From: Acidobacteriota bacterium
Lineage (GTDB): Bacteria; Acidobacteriota; Thermoanaerobaculia; Thermoanaerobaculales; Sulfomarinibacteraceae
Assembly (NCBI GenBank): GCA_033791425.1
Contig: JASJGQ010000356.1
Coordinates: forward strand, 1 to 49,429
Reading direction: 5' to 3'
DNA: 49,429 bases
The notes beneath the pieces are model-generated. The model had not been told where the DNA came from and ran no database searches. It saw nothing but the letters and a program-made list of their open reading frames with translations. Shown piece by piece: positions 16,265 through 26,135 of the stretch. Within the stretch, counting starts at the first letter, position 1. Each line of letters opens with the position of its first letter. The position numbers and the translations under genes are program-made.

Positions 16265-17272
16265 ATGACGACCAAGGTCGCGATCAACGGTTTCGGACGC
16301 ATCGGTCGACTCATCGCCCGCCATCTCAAGGCCCGTGACGGCTTTGATCTCGTGGCTATTAATGACCTCACATCGCCGGACATGCTCGGCTATCTGTTCG
16401 CGCACGATTCGGTTCACGGTCGCTACAAAGGCACCGTGGAGGTCGAGGGATCGGACATCATCATCGACGGCGACCGCATGCAGGTCCTCGCCCAGCGCAA
16501 CCCGGCCGATCTGCCGTGGGGCAAGCTCGGTGTGGACGTGGTCTTCGAGGCCACCGGCCTGTTCCGCAGCCGCGAAAAGGCCGGGGCCCATCTCACCGCC
16601 GGTGCCAAAAAGGTGGTGATCACCGCTCCGGGGCAGGACGTCGATGAGACCTTTGTCATGGGCGTCAACAATGACCTCTACGACCCAGCCACCCACGACG
16701 TGGTGTCCAACGCATCGTGCACCACCAACTGCCTGGCACCGGTGGCCAAGGTCCTGCACGAGACCGTGGGTATCGAACACGGTTGGCTCACCACGACCCA
16801 CGCCTACACCAATGACCAGAGCCTGCTCGACGTCCAACACCCCAAGGATATGCGCCGGGCACGCGCCGCCGCCATCAACATCATCCCGTCATCGACCGGC
16901 GCGGCCAAGGCCATCGGCCTGGTCTATCCGGCCCTCGCGGGCAAGCTGCACGGCGCCGCCATGCGAGTGCCGGTGCCGGACGGGTCGGTGTGCGATCTGA
17001 CCTTCGTGGCGAGCCGTGAGTCCTCCGTGGAAGAACTGCAGCAGGCCTTCAAGACCGCGGCCGAAGGCCCACTGAAAGGCATCCTGAGGGCCACCGATGT
17101 GCCGATCGTCTCCTCGGACATCATCGGCGAGTCCAACTCCTCGGTCGTCGATCTCCCCCTGATCACGCAGGTGGCGCCCACCTTCTTCCGGGTCGTCGCC
17201 TGGTACGACAACGAAAACGCCTATGCCCTGCGGTGCGTGGATCTCATTGAATACATGATCGGTCGGGGCTGA
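16265..17272 (+). CDS. gap: Type I glyceraldehyde-3-phosphate dehydrogenase
   Basis: MTTKVAINGFGRIGR, SNASCTTNCLAPV (catalytic Cys), WYDNENAY. Start trimmed from ORF-track 16007, which would overlap the tRNA, to ATG 16265 behind GGAGG. Confidence 0.95.
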   Translation: MTTKVAINGFGRIGRLIARHLKARDGFDLVAINDLTSPDMLGYLFAHDSVHGRYKGTVEVEGSDIIIDGDRMQVLAQRNPADLPWGKLGVDVVFEATGLFRSREKAGAHLTAGAKKVVITAPGQDVDETFVMGVNNDLYDPATHDVVSNASCTTNCLAPVAKVLHETVGIEHGWLTTTHAYTNDQSLLDVQHPKDMRRARAAAINIIPSSTGAAKAIGLVYPALAGKLHGAAMRVPVPDGSVCDLTFVASRESSVEELQQAFKTAAEGPLKGILRATDVPIVSSDIIGESNSSVVDLPLITQVAPTFFRVVAWYDNENAYALRCVDLIEYMIGRG

Positions 17273-17275
17273 GGG

Positions 17276-18454
17276 GTGAGCCTCCCCGCTCTGGCAGATC
17301 TCCGGGACCTTGACGGCGCCCGGGTCCTCGCGCGGCTCGATCTCAACGTTCCGATCGCTGACGGCGAAGTCCTCGACGACACCCGGATCACGGCCGCGTT
17401 ACCAACGCTGCGTTGGCTCATGGATCGGGTCGACGTGGTGGCGGCATGCTCCCACCTGGGCAAGGCCAAGGGCTCTCCCGACCCCGCCTTCTCCCTCGAA
17501 CCGGTGGCGGGCGCTCTCGCATCTGCGCTCGGTCGACCGGTGAGATTTGTTCCGGACTGCCTCGACCCGTTGCGTGCCGACGCATCACCGGGCGAGTTGC
17601 TGCTCTTGGAGAACCTCCGCTTTTACGCCGGGGAGAAGGCCGATGACCCCGAGTTTGCCGCCCGGTTGACGGAACCTTTTGGCCACTATGTCAACGACGC
17701 CTTCGGCACCGCCCACCGCGCTCACGCCTCGGTGGTGGCGGCACCGGCGCTCTACAGCGCGGGCCGCAAGGCGGCGGGGTTCTTGATGGCTGCCGAGGTC
17801 GGGGCCCTTTCGCGGGTCGTCGACGATCCCGAACAACCGTTCGTTGCCGTCGTTGGCGGCGCCAAAGTCTCGACCAAGACGGCTCCGCTCGAGGCGCTGT
17901 TGGGGAGAGTCCGCGCGCTGCTCGTCGGTGGCGGTATGGCCAACACCTTTTTTCTTGCCAAGGGGTTCGAGGTCGGGCGGTCCCTAACGGAACCCGAGAT
18001 GGTGTCAACCGCCATCAGGGTCATGGACGCCGCTGCCCAACACGGCGTCAGCATCGAGCTCCCCGTGGATGTGGTGGTTGCCGACGCCATCGAAGGGGCG
18101 CAGAGAATCGAGATCGTCGCGAGCGACGAGATCCCGTCAGATCTCATGGTCGTCGACATCGGTCCGGACACACGTAAAAAATATGCTCAGGAACTCGCAG
18201 CGGCGAAGACCATCTTCTGGAACGGGCCCATGGGCGTGTTCGAGGTTGACGATTTTGCAGCCGGAACCCTCGCGGTCGCCGAGGCGGTCGCCGACAGCTC
18301 AGCCTTTTCGGTGGTCGGCGGCGGCGAATCGGTGATGGCGATCCGCCGCGCGGGAGTCTTCGATTCCATCGATCACGTTTCCACCGGCGGCGGCGCCTCG
18401 TTGGAGTTTCTCTCCGGCGATACACTGCCCGCCATCACCGCCCTTGAAATCTGA
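17276..18454 (+). CDS. pgk: Phosphoglycerate kinase
   Basis: RLDLNVPI, LENLRFYAGEK, FVAVVGGAKVSTK, FWNGPMGVFE, STGGGASLEFL. GTG start 3 nt after the gap stop. Confidence 0.95.
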   Translation: MSLPALADLRDLDGARVLARLDLNVPIADGEVLDDTRITAALPTLRWLMDRVDVVAACSHLGKAKGSPDPAFSLEPVAGALASALGRPVRFVPDCLDPLRADASPGELLLLENLRFYAGEKADDPEFAARLTEPFGHYVNDAFGTAHRAHASVVAAPALYSAGRKAAGFLMAAEVGALSRVVDDPEQPFVAVVGGAKVSTKTAPLEALLGRVRALLVGGGMANTFFLAKGFEVGRSLTEPEMVSTAIRVMDAAAQHGVSIELPVDVVVADAIEGAQRIEIVASDEIPSDLMVVDIGPDTRKKYAQELAAAKTIFWNGPMGVFEVDDFAAGTLAVAEAVADSSAFSVVGGGESVMAIRRAGVFDSIDHVSTGGGASLEFLSGDTLPAITALEI

Positions 18455-18475
18455 GGCGGCCGGTCGGGGAGGACC

Positions 18476-19234
18476 ATGCGCACACTGTTGATTGCCGGGA
18501 ACTGGAAGATGCACAAGGGGGTCGCCGAGACCACCGCCTATCTCGAAGGACTCCTCGCCGAAGACCTGCCGACCGGTGTTGACGTCCTCTGCTGTCCGCC
18601 ATTTGTGGCCCTGCCGGCAGCGGTGATGATCGCCACCGGATCAAGCGTCCTCATCGGCGCGCAGAACGTCCACTGGGAAACATCAGGCGCATTCACCGGC
18701 GAGATCGCCGCACCCATGCTGACCGAGATCGGCATCAACTGGGTCATCGTCGGCCACTCCGAGCGGAGAACGCTGTTCGGGGAGACCGACGCCACCACCC
18801 TGGCGAGGGCAAAGACGGCTCAGGCCGCCGGCCTCGACGTCATCTATTGCATCGGCGAGACGCTCTCCGAGCGAGACGAAGGGCGCACCTTCGCGGTGCT
18901 CGAACGACAAACCGATGCCCTCGGAACGCTTGACCCGGCCCACCTCGTCCTCGCCTATGAACCGGTGTGGGCGATTGGAACCGGACGCACCGCAACAGCG
19001 GCACAGGCTCAGGAGGCCCACGCATTCCTCCGTGTCCGAATGGCTGCGTTGTTCGGCGGCGAGGCCGCGGAGGCCACCCGCATCCTGTATGGCGGCAGTC
19101 TCAAACCCGAGAACGCGCACGAATTGCTGAGCCTCGCCGACGTCGATGGCGGCCTCATCGGAGGAGCAAGCCTTGACGTACGTTCATTTTCCGCTATCAT
19201 CCGCGCTGCGGCGGACTGCGCCGCGGGAGAGTAG
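18476..19234 (+). CDS. tpiA: Triose-phosphate isomerase
   Basis: IAGNWKMHK, VIVGHSERR, LAYEPVWAIGTG, ILYGGS. Confidence 0.95.
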   Translation: MRTLLIAGNWKMHKGVAETTAYLEGLLAEDLPTGVDVLCCPPFVALPAAVMIATGSSVLIGAQNVHWETSGAFTGEIAAPMLTEIGINWVIVGHSERRTLFGETDATTLARAKTAQAAGLDVIYCIGETLSERDEGRTFAVLERQTDALGTLDPAHLVLAYEPVWAIGTGRTATAAQAQEAHAFLRVRMAALFGGEAAEATRILYGGSLKPENAHELLSLADVDGGLIGGASLDVRSFSAIIRAAADCAAGE

Positions 19235-19236
19235 TC

Positions 19237-19659
19237 GTGACTGTTGTACTGATCATCCTTTATGTTCTGGTCTGTCTTTTCCTGGTCATGGTCGTGCTCT
19301 TGCAGCAGGGAAAAGGGGCTGACCTGGCCGGCGCCTTCGGCGGCGGCGGCAGCCAGACCTCGTTTGGTCCCCGGACCACCACCAACATCATGCACCGCAT
19401 GACGACCGGAGCCTTTATTCTCTTCGTCCTCCTGTGCCTCGCGCTGGCCATCCTGTCGGGCAAGCAACGCACCTCCGTCATGGAGAGTGTGGTCGTGCCC
19501 GCTGACGCTTCAGCCCCGGTGGCGCCCGCACTCGAGCCGGCGGACACCGCCCCGGCGCCGACCGAGAACGCCCTTGAAAAGGCGATCGCCGAAGAGGACG
19601 AGGGCGGCCCGATGACACCGATCGAACCGCCGGTCGTGCCCGAAGGCAACGGGAGTTGA
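19237..19659 (+). CDS. secG: Preprotein translocase subunit SecG (with Pro/Ala/Glu-rich C-terminal extension)
   Basis: LFLVMVVLLQQGKGADLAGAFGGGGSQTSFG followed by a second TM helix. Sits in the classic tpiA-secG-tRNA-Leu position. GTG start. Confidence 0.85.
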   Translation: MTVVLIILYVLVCLFLVMVVLLQQGKGADLAGAFGGGGSQTSFGPRTTTNIMHRMTTGAFILFVLLCLALAILSGKQRTSVMESVVVPADASAPVAPALEPADTAPAPTENALEKAIAEEDEGGPMTPIEPPVVPEGNGS

Positions 19660-19681
19660 CGCTGCGATGACTGCATCGAGT

Positions 19682-19766
19682 GCCGAAGTGGCGGAATTGG
19701 TAGACGCGCACGGTTGAGGGCCGTGTGGAGCGATCCGTGCCGGTTCGAGTCCGGCCTTCGGCACCA
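19682..19766 (+). tRNA. tRNA-Leu (anticodon GAG)
   Basis: GCCGAAGUGGCGGAAUUGGUAGACGCGCACGGUUGAGGGCCGUGUGGAGCGAUCCGUGCCGGUUCGAGUCCGGCCUUCGGCACCA. Long variable arm, anticodon loop UUGAGGG, encoded CCA. Confidence 0.9.
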
Positions 19767-19771
19767 TTTTT

Positions 19772-19800
19772 CAAAAGCCCCGGAACTTCCGGGGCTTTTG
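19772..19800. terminator. Bidirectional intrinsic terminator hairpin
   Basis: CAAAAGCCCCGG / CCGGGGCTTTTG forms a 12-bp stem with a 5-nt loop. The A-tract/T-tract flanks are symmetric, so a GC stem followed by U-rich sequence is produced on either strand. It lies between tRNA-Leu (+) and the glnS 3' end (-). Confidence 0.7.
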
Positions 19801-19841
19801 AAATTTGAGCCTACCGTGCCGTCGATCCGGGCAGGTCGCCT

Positions 19842-19859
19842 ATTCCTAATTCCTAATTC
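19842..19859. repeat. Third copy of the heptamer array (ATTCCTA x2 + ATTC), overlapping the glnS stop codon
   Basis: Read directly: ATTCCTA ATTCCTA ATTC. On the glnS mRNA it reads UGA AUUAGGAAUUAGGAAU. Confidence 0.9.
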
Positions 19860-21552
19860 ACCTATGGTGCGCTTGTCCCTTCGCCTGCATCCTGGCCCAG
19901 GTATCTCGCAGCGTGATGGTGCGGTTGATGACCCGGCTCTCGGGCGTCGAGTCGCGGTCGACGCAGAAGTAGCCCAGGCGCTCGAACTGGACCGTTGTAC
20001 CAACTGCCATCTGCCCGAGGGTGGGCTCCAGCCTGGCGTCCGCCACCACTTCCAATGAGTCCGGGTTGATATCGTCGAGAAAGTCGCCAACGGCGCCGGG
20101 TTCCTCGCTCTTGAAGAGGCGGTCGTATAGCCGCACCTCCGCAGTCGCAGCGTGTGCCGCCGACACCCAGTGCAGGGTCGCCTTGACCTTGCGCCCGTCA
20201 GGCGCATCGCCGCCCCGCGTCTCGGGGTCGTAGGTGCACCGCAGTTCGACGATCTCACCGTCGACGTTCTTCACCGCCTCGCGGCAGGTGATGAAGTAGG
20301 CGTAGCGCAGACGGACCTCGCGGCCCGGGGAGAGGCGGAAGAACTTCTTCGGCGGGTCCTCCATGAAGTCGTCGCGCTCGATGTAGAGTTCGCGCGAAAA
20401 CGGGACCTTGCGGGTGCCGGCCGACGCATCCTCGGGGTTGTTGACGGCCTCGAGCTCCTCGGTCTCACCTTCAGGGTAGTTCTCGATCACCACCTTGAGC
20501 GGCCGCAGCACCCCCATTCGGCGCTCGGCCGTCCGGTTGAGCTCGGTGCGCACGCAATGCTCGAGAAAAGCTAGATCGACCACGCTCTCGCGTTTGGCGA
20601 CACCGGCGCGCTCTACGCAGTCGCGGATGGCCGCCGGCGGATAGCCGAGCCTGCGCAGCCCCGACAGGGTCGGCATCCGCGGATCATCCCAACCCGAGAC
20701 GTGGCCGCCCTGGACCAGCTGGAGAAGGCGCCTTTTGGAAAGCACCGTGTAGGTCAGGTTGAACCGCGCGAACTCGATCTGGCGCGGCGCCGACGGGGTC
20801 GGAAGGTTTTCAAGAAGCCAGTCGTAGAGGGGCCGGTGGGCCTCGAACTCGAGCGTGCACAGGCTGTGGGTGATGTGCTCGATGGCATCCGACTGGCCGT
20901 GGGCGAAATCATAGGTCGGGTAGATGCACCACTGGTCGCCGGTCCGGGGGTGGGTGGCGTGGAGGATTCGGTAGAGCACGGGGTCGCGGAGGTTGATGTT
21001 GCCGGAGGCCATGTCGATTTTGGCCCTGAGGACCCGCTCTCCGTCTGCAAACTCGCCGGCCCGCATCCCCCGGAAGAGCGCGAGGCTCTCCTCGATCGGG
21101 CGCTCGCGCCAGGGGCTCGGCGTGCCGGGCTCGGTGAGGGTCCCCCGGTGGGCGCGGATCTCCTCCGCTGACAGATCATCGACATAGGCCTTGCCCTCTC
21201 CGATCAGGGTCTCGGCCCACTCATAGAGCTGCTCGAAGTAGTCCGACGCGAAATAGAGGTGCTCACCCCAGTCGTAGCCGAGCCACGCCACGTCCGTCTT
21301 GATCGACTCGATGAACTCGAGTTCCTCCTTGGTCGGGTTGGTGTCGTCGAAGCGCAGGTGGCAGCGGCCGCCGAACTCGGCGGCGATCCCGAAGTTGAGG
21401 CTGATGGCCTTCGAGTGCCCGATGTGGAGATAGCCGTTGGGCTCAGGTGGAAAACGGGTCACGGTCCCCGTGTGTTTGGAACTCGCGAGGTCCCCGCGGA
21501 CGATCTCGCGGATAAAGTCCTGTTTGTCGTTGACAGCGTCGTCGTGTGCCAT
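19858..21552 (-). CDS. glnS: Glutamine--tRNA ligase
   Basis: [18 protein letters not shown] (HIGH), [15 protein letters not shown] (KMSKS-like). The 564-aa length and C-terminal anticodon-binding beta-barrels are typical of GlnRS. Confidence 0.93.
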   Translation of the reverse strand: MAHDDAVNDKQDFIREIVRGDLASSKHTGTVTRFPPEPNGYLHIGHSKAISLNFGIAAEFGGRCHLRFDDTNPTKEELEFIESIKTDVAWLGYDWGEHLYFASDYFEQLYEWAETLIGEGKAYVDDLSAEEIRAHRGTLTEPGTPSPWRERPIEESLALFRGMRAGEFADGERVLRAKIDMASGNINLRDPVLYRILHATHPRTGDQWCIYPTYDFAHGQSDAIEHITHSLCTLEFEAHRPLYDWLLENLPTPSAPRQIEFARFNLTYTVLSKRRLLQLVQGGHVSGWDDPRMPTLSGLRRLGYPPAAIRDCVERAGVAKRESVVDLAFLEHCVRTELNRTAERRMGVLRPLKVVIENYPEGETEELEAVNNPEDASAGTRKVPFSRELYIERDDFMEDPPKKFFRLSPGREVRLRYAYFITCREAVKNVDGEIVELRCTYDPETRGGDAPDGRKVKATLHWVSAAHAATAEVRLYDRLFKSEEPGAVGDFLDDINPDSLEVVADARLEPTLGQMAVGTTVQFERLGYFCVDRDSTPESRVINRTITLRDTWARMQAKGQAHHR

Positions 21553-21574
21553 AGATCTCCCGTCTAGCTCCCGA

Positions 21575-23029
21575 TCAGCTCTTCATCGTCCGCAGGGTCT
21601 CGATCGCCTGACGCAGGCGCCGCCGGCACCGCTCCTTGCCGAGCACCTCCATGGTCTCGAACAGCGGCGGCGTGGCGGTGCGTCCGGTCACCGCGATGCG
21701 CACCGGCATGAAGAGCTCCTTCGGGCTCCACTCGTTGGCGTCACAGAATGACCGCAGGGCCTCCTCGATGGCGGCCGCGTTCCACGCCCCGACGCCGTCG
21801 ATGTGGCTCTCGAGCAGCACCCGCAAAGCCTTGGCTGTCTGCGGCGGGGTGCGGTTCTTGGCCACCATTTTCGGCAGGGCCGGCGGGTCGTACTCGACAT
21901 CGCCGGCAAAGAAGAACCCGGCGTAGGGCACGAAATCGGCGAGGGTGTCGATCCTCTCCTGGACCAGGGGCAGGACGCGCATCAGGTAGTCGTCTGACAA
22001 GGGCTGCTGGCGCAGGCTCGCCAGGAGCTCGTCGACCGAGAGATCGCGCAGGTACTTACCGTTGAGCCAGTTGAGCTTTGCGAGGTCGAACACCGGGCCG
22101 CCGAGGCTGATGTCTTCTAGGCGGAACTCGGAGATGAACTCGTCGAGGGTGAACTGGTCGCGTTCGTCGGGCATCGTCCAGCCCATCTGGGCGAGATAGT
22201 TGACCAGGGCCTCGGGCAGGATGCCCGCGGTCTCGTAGTGCTTGATGCTGACCGGGTTTTTGCGTTTCGAGATCTTCGATTTGTCGGAGTTGCGCAACAG
22301 GGGCAGGTGGCAGAAGACGGGAAGGTCCCAGCCGAAGGCCTCATAGAGGCGCACGTGTTTCGGCAGCGACGAGATCCACTCCTCGGCGCGGATGACGTGG
22401 GTGATGCCCATGAGGTGGTCGTCGACCACGTTGGCGAGGTGGTAGGTCGGGTGACCGTCCGACTTCAGCAGAACCTGGTCGTCGACCTGGTCATTGGCGA
22501 TTCTGATCTCGCCCCGAAGAAGATCCTCCGCGACGGTCTCGCCCTCTCGCGGCATGGCGAGGCGGGTGACATAGGGCTCGCCGGTCTCGCGGCGACGGCC
22601 CGCTTCCGCCGGGTCGAGGGAACGACACAGTCCATCGTAGCCGAGCTGCGCCTTGGCGGCCCGCTGTTCGGCGCGCAGGGCGTCGAGGCGTTCGCGAGTG
22701 CAGAAGCACGGGTAGGCGGCGCCACTGGCAACCAACTCCTCGACATGCTTGCGGTAGATCGCCGTCCGCTCGCTCTGCCGATACGGCCCGTCTGGACCGC
22801 CGACGTCGGGACCCTCGTCCCACTCGAGACCGAGCCACTTCAGAGCGTCGAGGATCATCTCTTCGCTGGCGGTGGCGCTGCGCTCGCGGTCGGTGTCCTC
22901 GATCCGCAGGACGAACGCGCCGCCGTTGTGCCGTGCGAGGGCGAGATTGAAGAGCGCGACATAGGCGGTGCCGACGTGCGGATCACCGGTTGGACTGGGC
23001 GCGATGCGGGTTCTCACGGTCTTCGACAT
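21575..23029 (-). CDS. gltX: Glutamate--tRNA ligase
   Basis: [19 protein letters not shown] (HIGH-type), [18 protein letters not shown] (KMSKS). Start trimmed from 23158 to ATG 23029, because the longer ORF would run into tRNA-Ser. Confidence 0.93.
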   Translation of the reverse strand: MSKTVRTRIAPSPTGDPHVGTAYVALFNLALARHNGGAFVLRIEDTDRERSATASEEMILDALKWLGLEWDEGPDVGGPDGPYRQSERTAIYRKHVEELVASGAAYPCFCTRERLDALRAEQRAAKAQLGYDGLCRSLDPAEAGRRRETGEPYVTRLAMPREGETVAEDLLRGEIRIANDQVDDQVLLKSDGHPTYHLANVVDDHLMGITHVIRAEEWISSLPKHVRLYEAFGWDLPVFCHLPLLRNSDKSKISKRKNPVSIKHYETAGILPEALVNYLAQMGWTMPDERDQFTLDEFISEFRLEDISLGGPVFDLAKLNWLNGKYLRDLSVDELLASLRQQPLSDDYLMRVLPLVQERIDTLADFVPYAGFFFAGDVEYDPPALPKMVAKNRTPPQTAKALRVLLESHIDGVGAWNAAAIEEALRSFCDANEWSPKELFMPVRIAVTGRTATPPLFETMEVLGKERCRRRLRQAIETLRTMKS

Positions 23030-23109
23030 GATGCTCCAAAAACGCCGGCTCTCACCCGCTGTGGGCACCCGGGGAGAACTGCGGGCGGGGTTCGCTGCGG
23101 CATTCCAAC

Positions 23110-23201
<92 letters not shown>

Positions 23202-23255
23202 GCACCGGAGGGGTATTGTACGTGGCGGGCCTGTGACTGTAAAGTAGACGATCCG

Positions 23256-23343
23256 GGAGGGATGGCCGAGTGGTCGAAGGCGCCGGTCTTGAAAACCGGT
23301 GAGGTTCACGCCTCCGTGGGTTCGAATCCCACTCCCTCCGCCA
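23256..23343 (+). tRNA. tRNA-Ser (anticodon UGA)
   Basis: GGAGGGAUGGCCGAGUGGUCGAAGGCGCCGGUCUUGAAAACCGGUGAGGUUCACGCCUCCGUGGGUUCGAAUCCCACUCCCUCCGCCA. Long variable arm, anticodon loop CUUGAAA. Confidence 0.9.
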
Positions 23344-23482
23344 GCTTCCGGCTCAGGCCGAGTCTGCCGAAACCGGACGGGTCGAGCAGGGGAGCCCGGG
23401 GCCGAGGAGCCGGGGCGAAACACCCTCGGTGCCTCACGACGATTCCCCCTTTCTCCCCTTCTCCCCAGCTCTCTTGCCTGGC

Positions 23483-25615
23483 CTAATACCCGCCCAGGCT
23501 GCCCTTGATCTCGGGCAGGGCACCGACGCCCTTGAGACCGATGACGATCATGAACTCCCGTGTCGGGAAGACGCCGATTTTGGTGTCGCGGTACTGGGCC
23601 GAGATGTTCCAGCAGCTGCCCTGGTAGTTCACGCCGTAGCGTTGGTCCCCGAGCTCTGCATTGACGATGTCGTAGGCCAGCTGCACGGTCACGTCGAGCG
23701 GGAAACCCGACTTGCGGTAGGCGAGCAGGGCCCGTACCTGGGACGAGAGGCGCTCGCCGTCACGAACGTTGAAGCCCTGGTACCAGGTGAGGTTGGCCAT
23801 CCCGATGCCCGTCTGCAGCGAGGCCGCCAACGAGGTCGAGCGGAGGTTTCGGTACAGGTAGTCGTAGGTGAGACGGCCGTCAAACCCGGTGCCGACAGTC
23901 GGGGTCACCCGCAGTGCGACACCGAGCGGCGACCACTGGCTGATACCCAGGACGTCGTCCCTGATCAGGGGTTCATCGAACGAGTAGTCCTGATACAGCT
24001 CGAGCGAGGCGAGCTCGCGCGTGCCGACGCCTTCGCGATCGCGGCCGAGGAGACGGTTGGCGAGCACCATTCGGACGAGATTGGCGTCTTTGGGCGTCGA
24101 GTCGACCTGGTCGAAAATGGGGATCAGGGCGACATCGGTCGGGGTCGTCAGGTAGAGGTATTCGATGCGCGGTTCGACGAGGTGTTTGACCTTGTCGTAT
24201 TTGCCGAACCCGCCCTCGAAGACCTTCGAGAATGATGGGCCGATAATGTCAACGCCGGCGGTGGCATAGATCCGCTCGATCGGCTCGTCGACAAAACTGC
24301 GGCGGTCGGCGGCGAGCCGCTGGGTGTAATAGGTGGCGCGTCCGCCGATCCGGGGCGTCACCGACAACCACGGCGGCCCGGGAAGGGTGTAGGAAAGGGC
24401 TGGAAAGACATCAGCCCGGCCGTACGAGCCCGTGAAGTCGTCGCCGCGGTCGGCCCGGAGATAGCTCAGGGAGGAGATCAGGTTGAGATAGATCGGCGTC
24501 TTTCCGATGGGGGTCGAACCCGATCGGATTTCGATCTCGGGGAGCTGACTGAGGACGACTTCGGCGCCGGTGAGAAAGGTCTGGCGGTAGTCGGCGCGCA
24601 CGTTGAGCGCGTAGGGTCCGAAGTTCCTGGTCATATAGGCGAACGAATAGAGGTCGCGACGGGTGTTGGCGTCGAAGGTGCGGTCGAAGTCCTGCCAGAA
24701 ATCGATATCGGAGAGCGTCTCGACCTGGGCGAGGAGATTGAAACCGAGAAAGTCCTGTTGCACGTGCTTGCCAAAGACCTTCCACTCGGCCTGCTCACCC
24801 TCCCGGTCCCAGATGGCGTACATATTGACCTCGCCGCGAGCGCCTTGAATGGGCGCCCAGCGCCAGATGTTGCCGAAACCGAGGAGGCCGTTCGAATAGT
24901 AGTCGGCAAAAAGGGTGGTGTCGTAGGAGCGGCCGATGGGAACATACAGTGGCAGACCGATGTTGAAGCCGCGGCGGTTGGAGTAGCCGAACCGCGGCAT
25001 CAGCAGACCCACCGATCGCTCCTGTTTGACCGGCCAGACCATGTAGGGGAGATAGAAGACCGGGACGCCCTGGACCTTCATGGCGACGCTCTTGAACCGT
25101 CCCAGACCCTCCTCCTCGATCAACGCCGAACGGATGTGAAAACTCCAGGGCGGATGATCGTCATCGGTGGAACAGGTCGTAAAGGTCGCGTGATCGATCC
25201 GGTAGTGGGTCTCGTCCAGTTTTTCGATCTCAGTACCGGTGAGGCTGTACATGGGGTCGATGTGGGCGGTGGCGTTGACAAAGACCCCGGTCTTGGTGAG
25301 CAGGTTGAACCGCATCTCCTCGGCGGTGAAACGACTCGGACCGCGATCCACCACCACGTTGCCACGAGCCACGACCTCCCCCGTCCCGCGAACGTAATCG
25401 AGTTCGTCACAGCGGATCTCGATGTCCTGATACAGAACGTGGACGTCACCATCGCCGCGCCAGGTGGTCTCGGTCGCCTGTTGGTTTTCGGCGGTGAGAA
25501 CGACGCGTTCTTCGAGCTCGGCGGCGGTTGCGGAGGTCAGGAACAGAACCATGGCAGCACCCAGCGCGGACATCCACCGCCGCGCACTCTGGATCTGTTT
25601 GTGGTGGCGGTTCAT
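23483..25615 (-). CDS. lptD: LPS-assembly outer-membrane protein LptD (OstA family)
   Basis: Signal peptide MNRHHKQIQSARRWMSALGAAMVLFLTSATA. N-terminal OstA-like beta-jellyroll (GDGDVHVLYQDIEIRCDELDY..GNVVV). Large beta-barrel body with aromatic-rich strands and a C-terminal GSLGGY. Start trimmed from 25960 to ATG 25615 behind GGAGGA. Confidence 0.85.
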   Translation of the reverse strand: MNRHHKQIQSARRWMSALGAAMVLFLTSATAAELEERVVLTAENQQATETTWRGDGDVHVLYQDIEIRCDELDYVRGTGEVVARGNVVVDRGPSRFTAEEMRFNLLTKTGVFVNATAHIDPMYSLTGTEIEKLDETHYRIDHATFTTCSTDDDHPPWSFHIRSALIEEEGLGRFKSVAMKVQGVPVFYLPYMVWPVKQERSVGLLMPRFGYSNRRGFNIGLPLYVPIGRSYDTTLFADYYSNGLLGFGNIWRWAPIQGARGEVNMYAIWDREGEQAEWKVFGKHVQQDFLGFNLLAQVETLSDIDFWQDFDRTFDANTRRDLYSFAYMTRNFGPYALNVRADYRQTFLTGAEVVLSQLPEIEIRSGSTPIGKTPIYLNLISSLSYLRADRGDDFTGSYGRADVFPALSYTLPGPPWLSVTPRIGGRATYYTQRLAADRRSFVDEPIERIYATAGVDIIGPSFSKVFEGGFGKYDKVKHLVEPRIEYLYLTTPTDVALIPIFDQVDSTPKDANLVRMVLANRLLGRDREGVGTRELASLELYQDYSFDEPLIRDDVLGISQWSPLGVALRVTPTVGTGFDGRLTYDYLYRNLRSTSLAASLQTGIGMANLTWYQGFNVRDGERLSSQVRALLAYRKSGFPLDVTVQLAYDIVNAELGDQRYGVNYQGSCWNISAQYRDTKIGVFPTREFMIVIGLKGVGALPEIKGSLGGY

Positions 25616-25712
25616 GGTCCTCCGGCCGGGCACGCGATTCCCCTGACATTGTAGCCGGTCGAGAACCTGCACCACGACCGGGTGGTCCGGCGACGACGCG
25701 TACAATGGGCAG

Positions 25713-26132
25713 GTGCGATACCTTGGTGTGGATCCAGGCGGCAGCAAGATGGGGCTCGCGGTGGGCGATGACCAGACAGGCGTCGTGTCTCCACTCGAAG
25801 TCGTGACCTCCAGCGGCATCGCGGCCGCGGCACAGATCATCGCAGACACCGCAGTCAAGATCGAGGCCACCCGGGTCGTCATCGGTCTGCCATCGTCTGC
25901 CGACGGCTTGCCAGGGCCTGCAGCACGCCGCACCGAACTTCTCGCCGAGGCCGTACGCAAGCTGGGCCTCGAGGTGGACCTTCAGTCGGAGTATCTCTCG
26001 ACAAACGAAGCCCGGCGGCGGGCTCGGGAAATCGGCTGGCCGCGGAACAGACCCGTCGACGACCTCGCCGCCCAGATCATCCTCGAGGATTATCTCGCCA
26101 TGCTGGCGAGAATCGCCGCGGCGGAGAACTGA
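25713..26132 (+). CDS. ruvX: Holliday-junction resolvase-like nuclease RuvX (YqgF)
   Basis: MRYLGVDPGGSKMGLAVGD, RVVIGLPSS.DG, VDDLAAQIILEDYL. The GTG start is required to keep the conserved N-terminal Asp. Confidence 0.88.
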   Translation: MRYLGVDPGGSKMGLAVGDDQTGVVSPLEVVTSSGIAAAAQIIADTAVKIEATRVVIGLPSSADGLPGPAARRTELLAEAVRKLGLEVDLQSEYLSTNEARRRAREIGWPRNRPVDDLAAQIILEDYLAMLARIAAAEN

Positions 26133-26135
26133 ACG

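Noticed and set aside
23445-23466. C-run tract CCCCC..CCCC..CCCC (G-runs on the minus strand, just 3' of lptD) as a possible G-quadruplex
   Set aside because: Only three closely spaced G-runs are present. The nearest fourth GGG is about 20 nt away. This is not a canonical four-run G4 motif.
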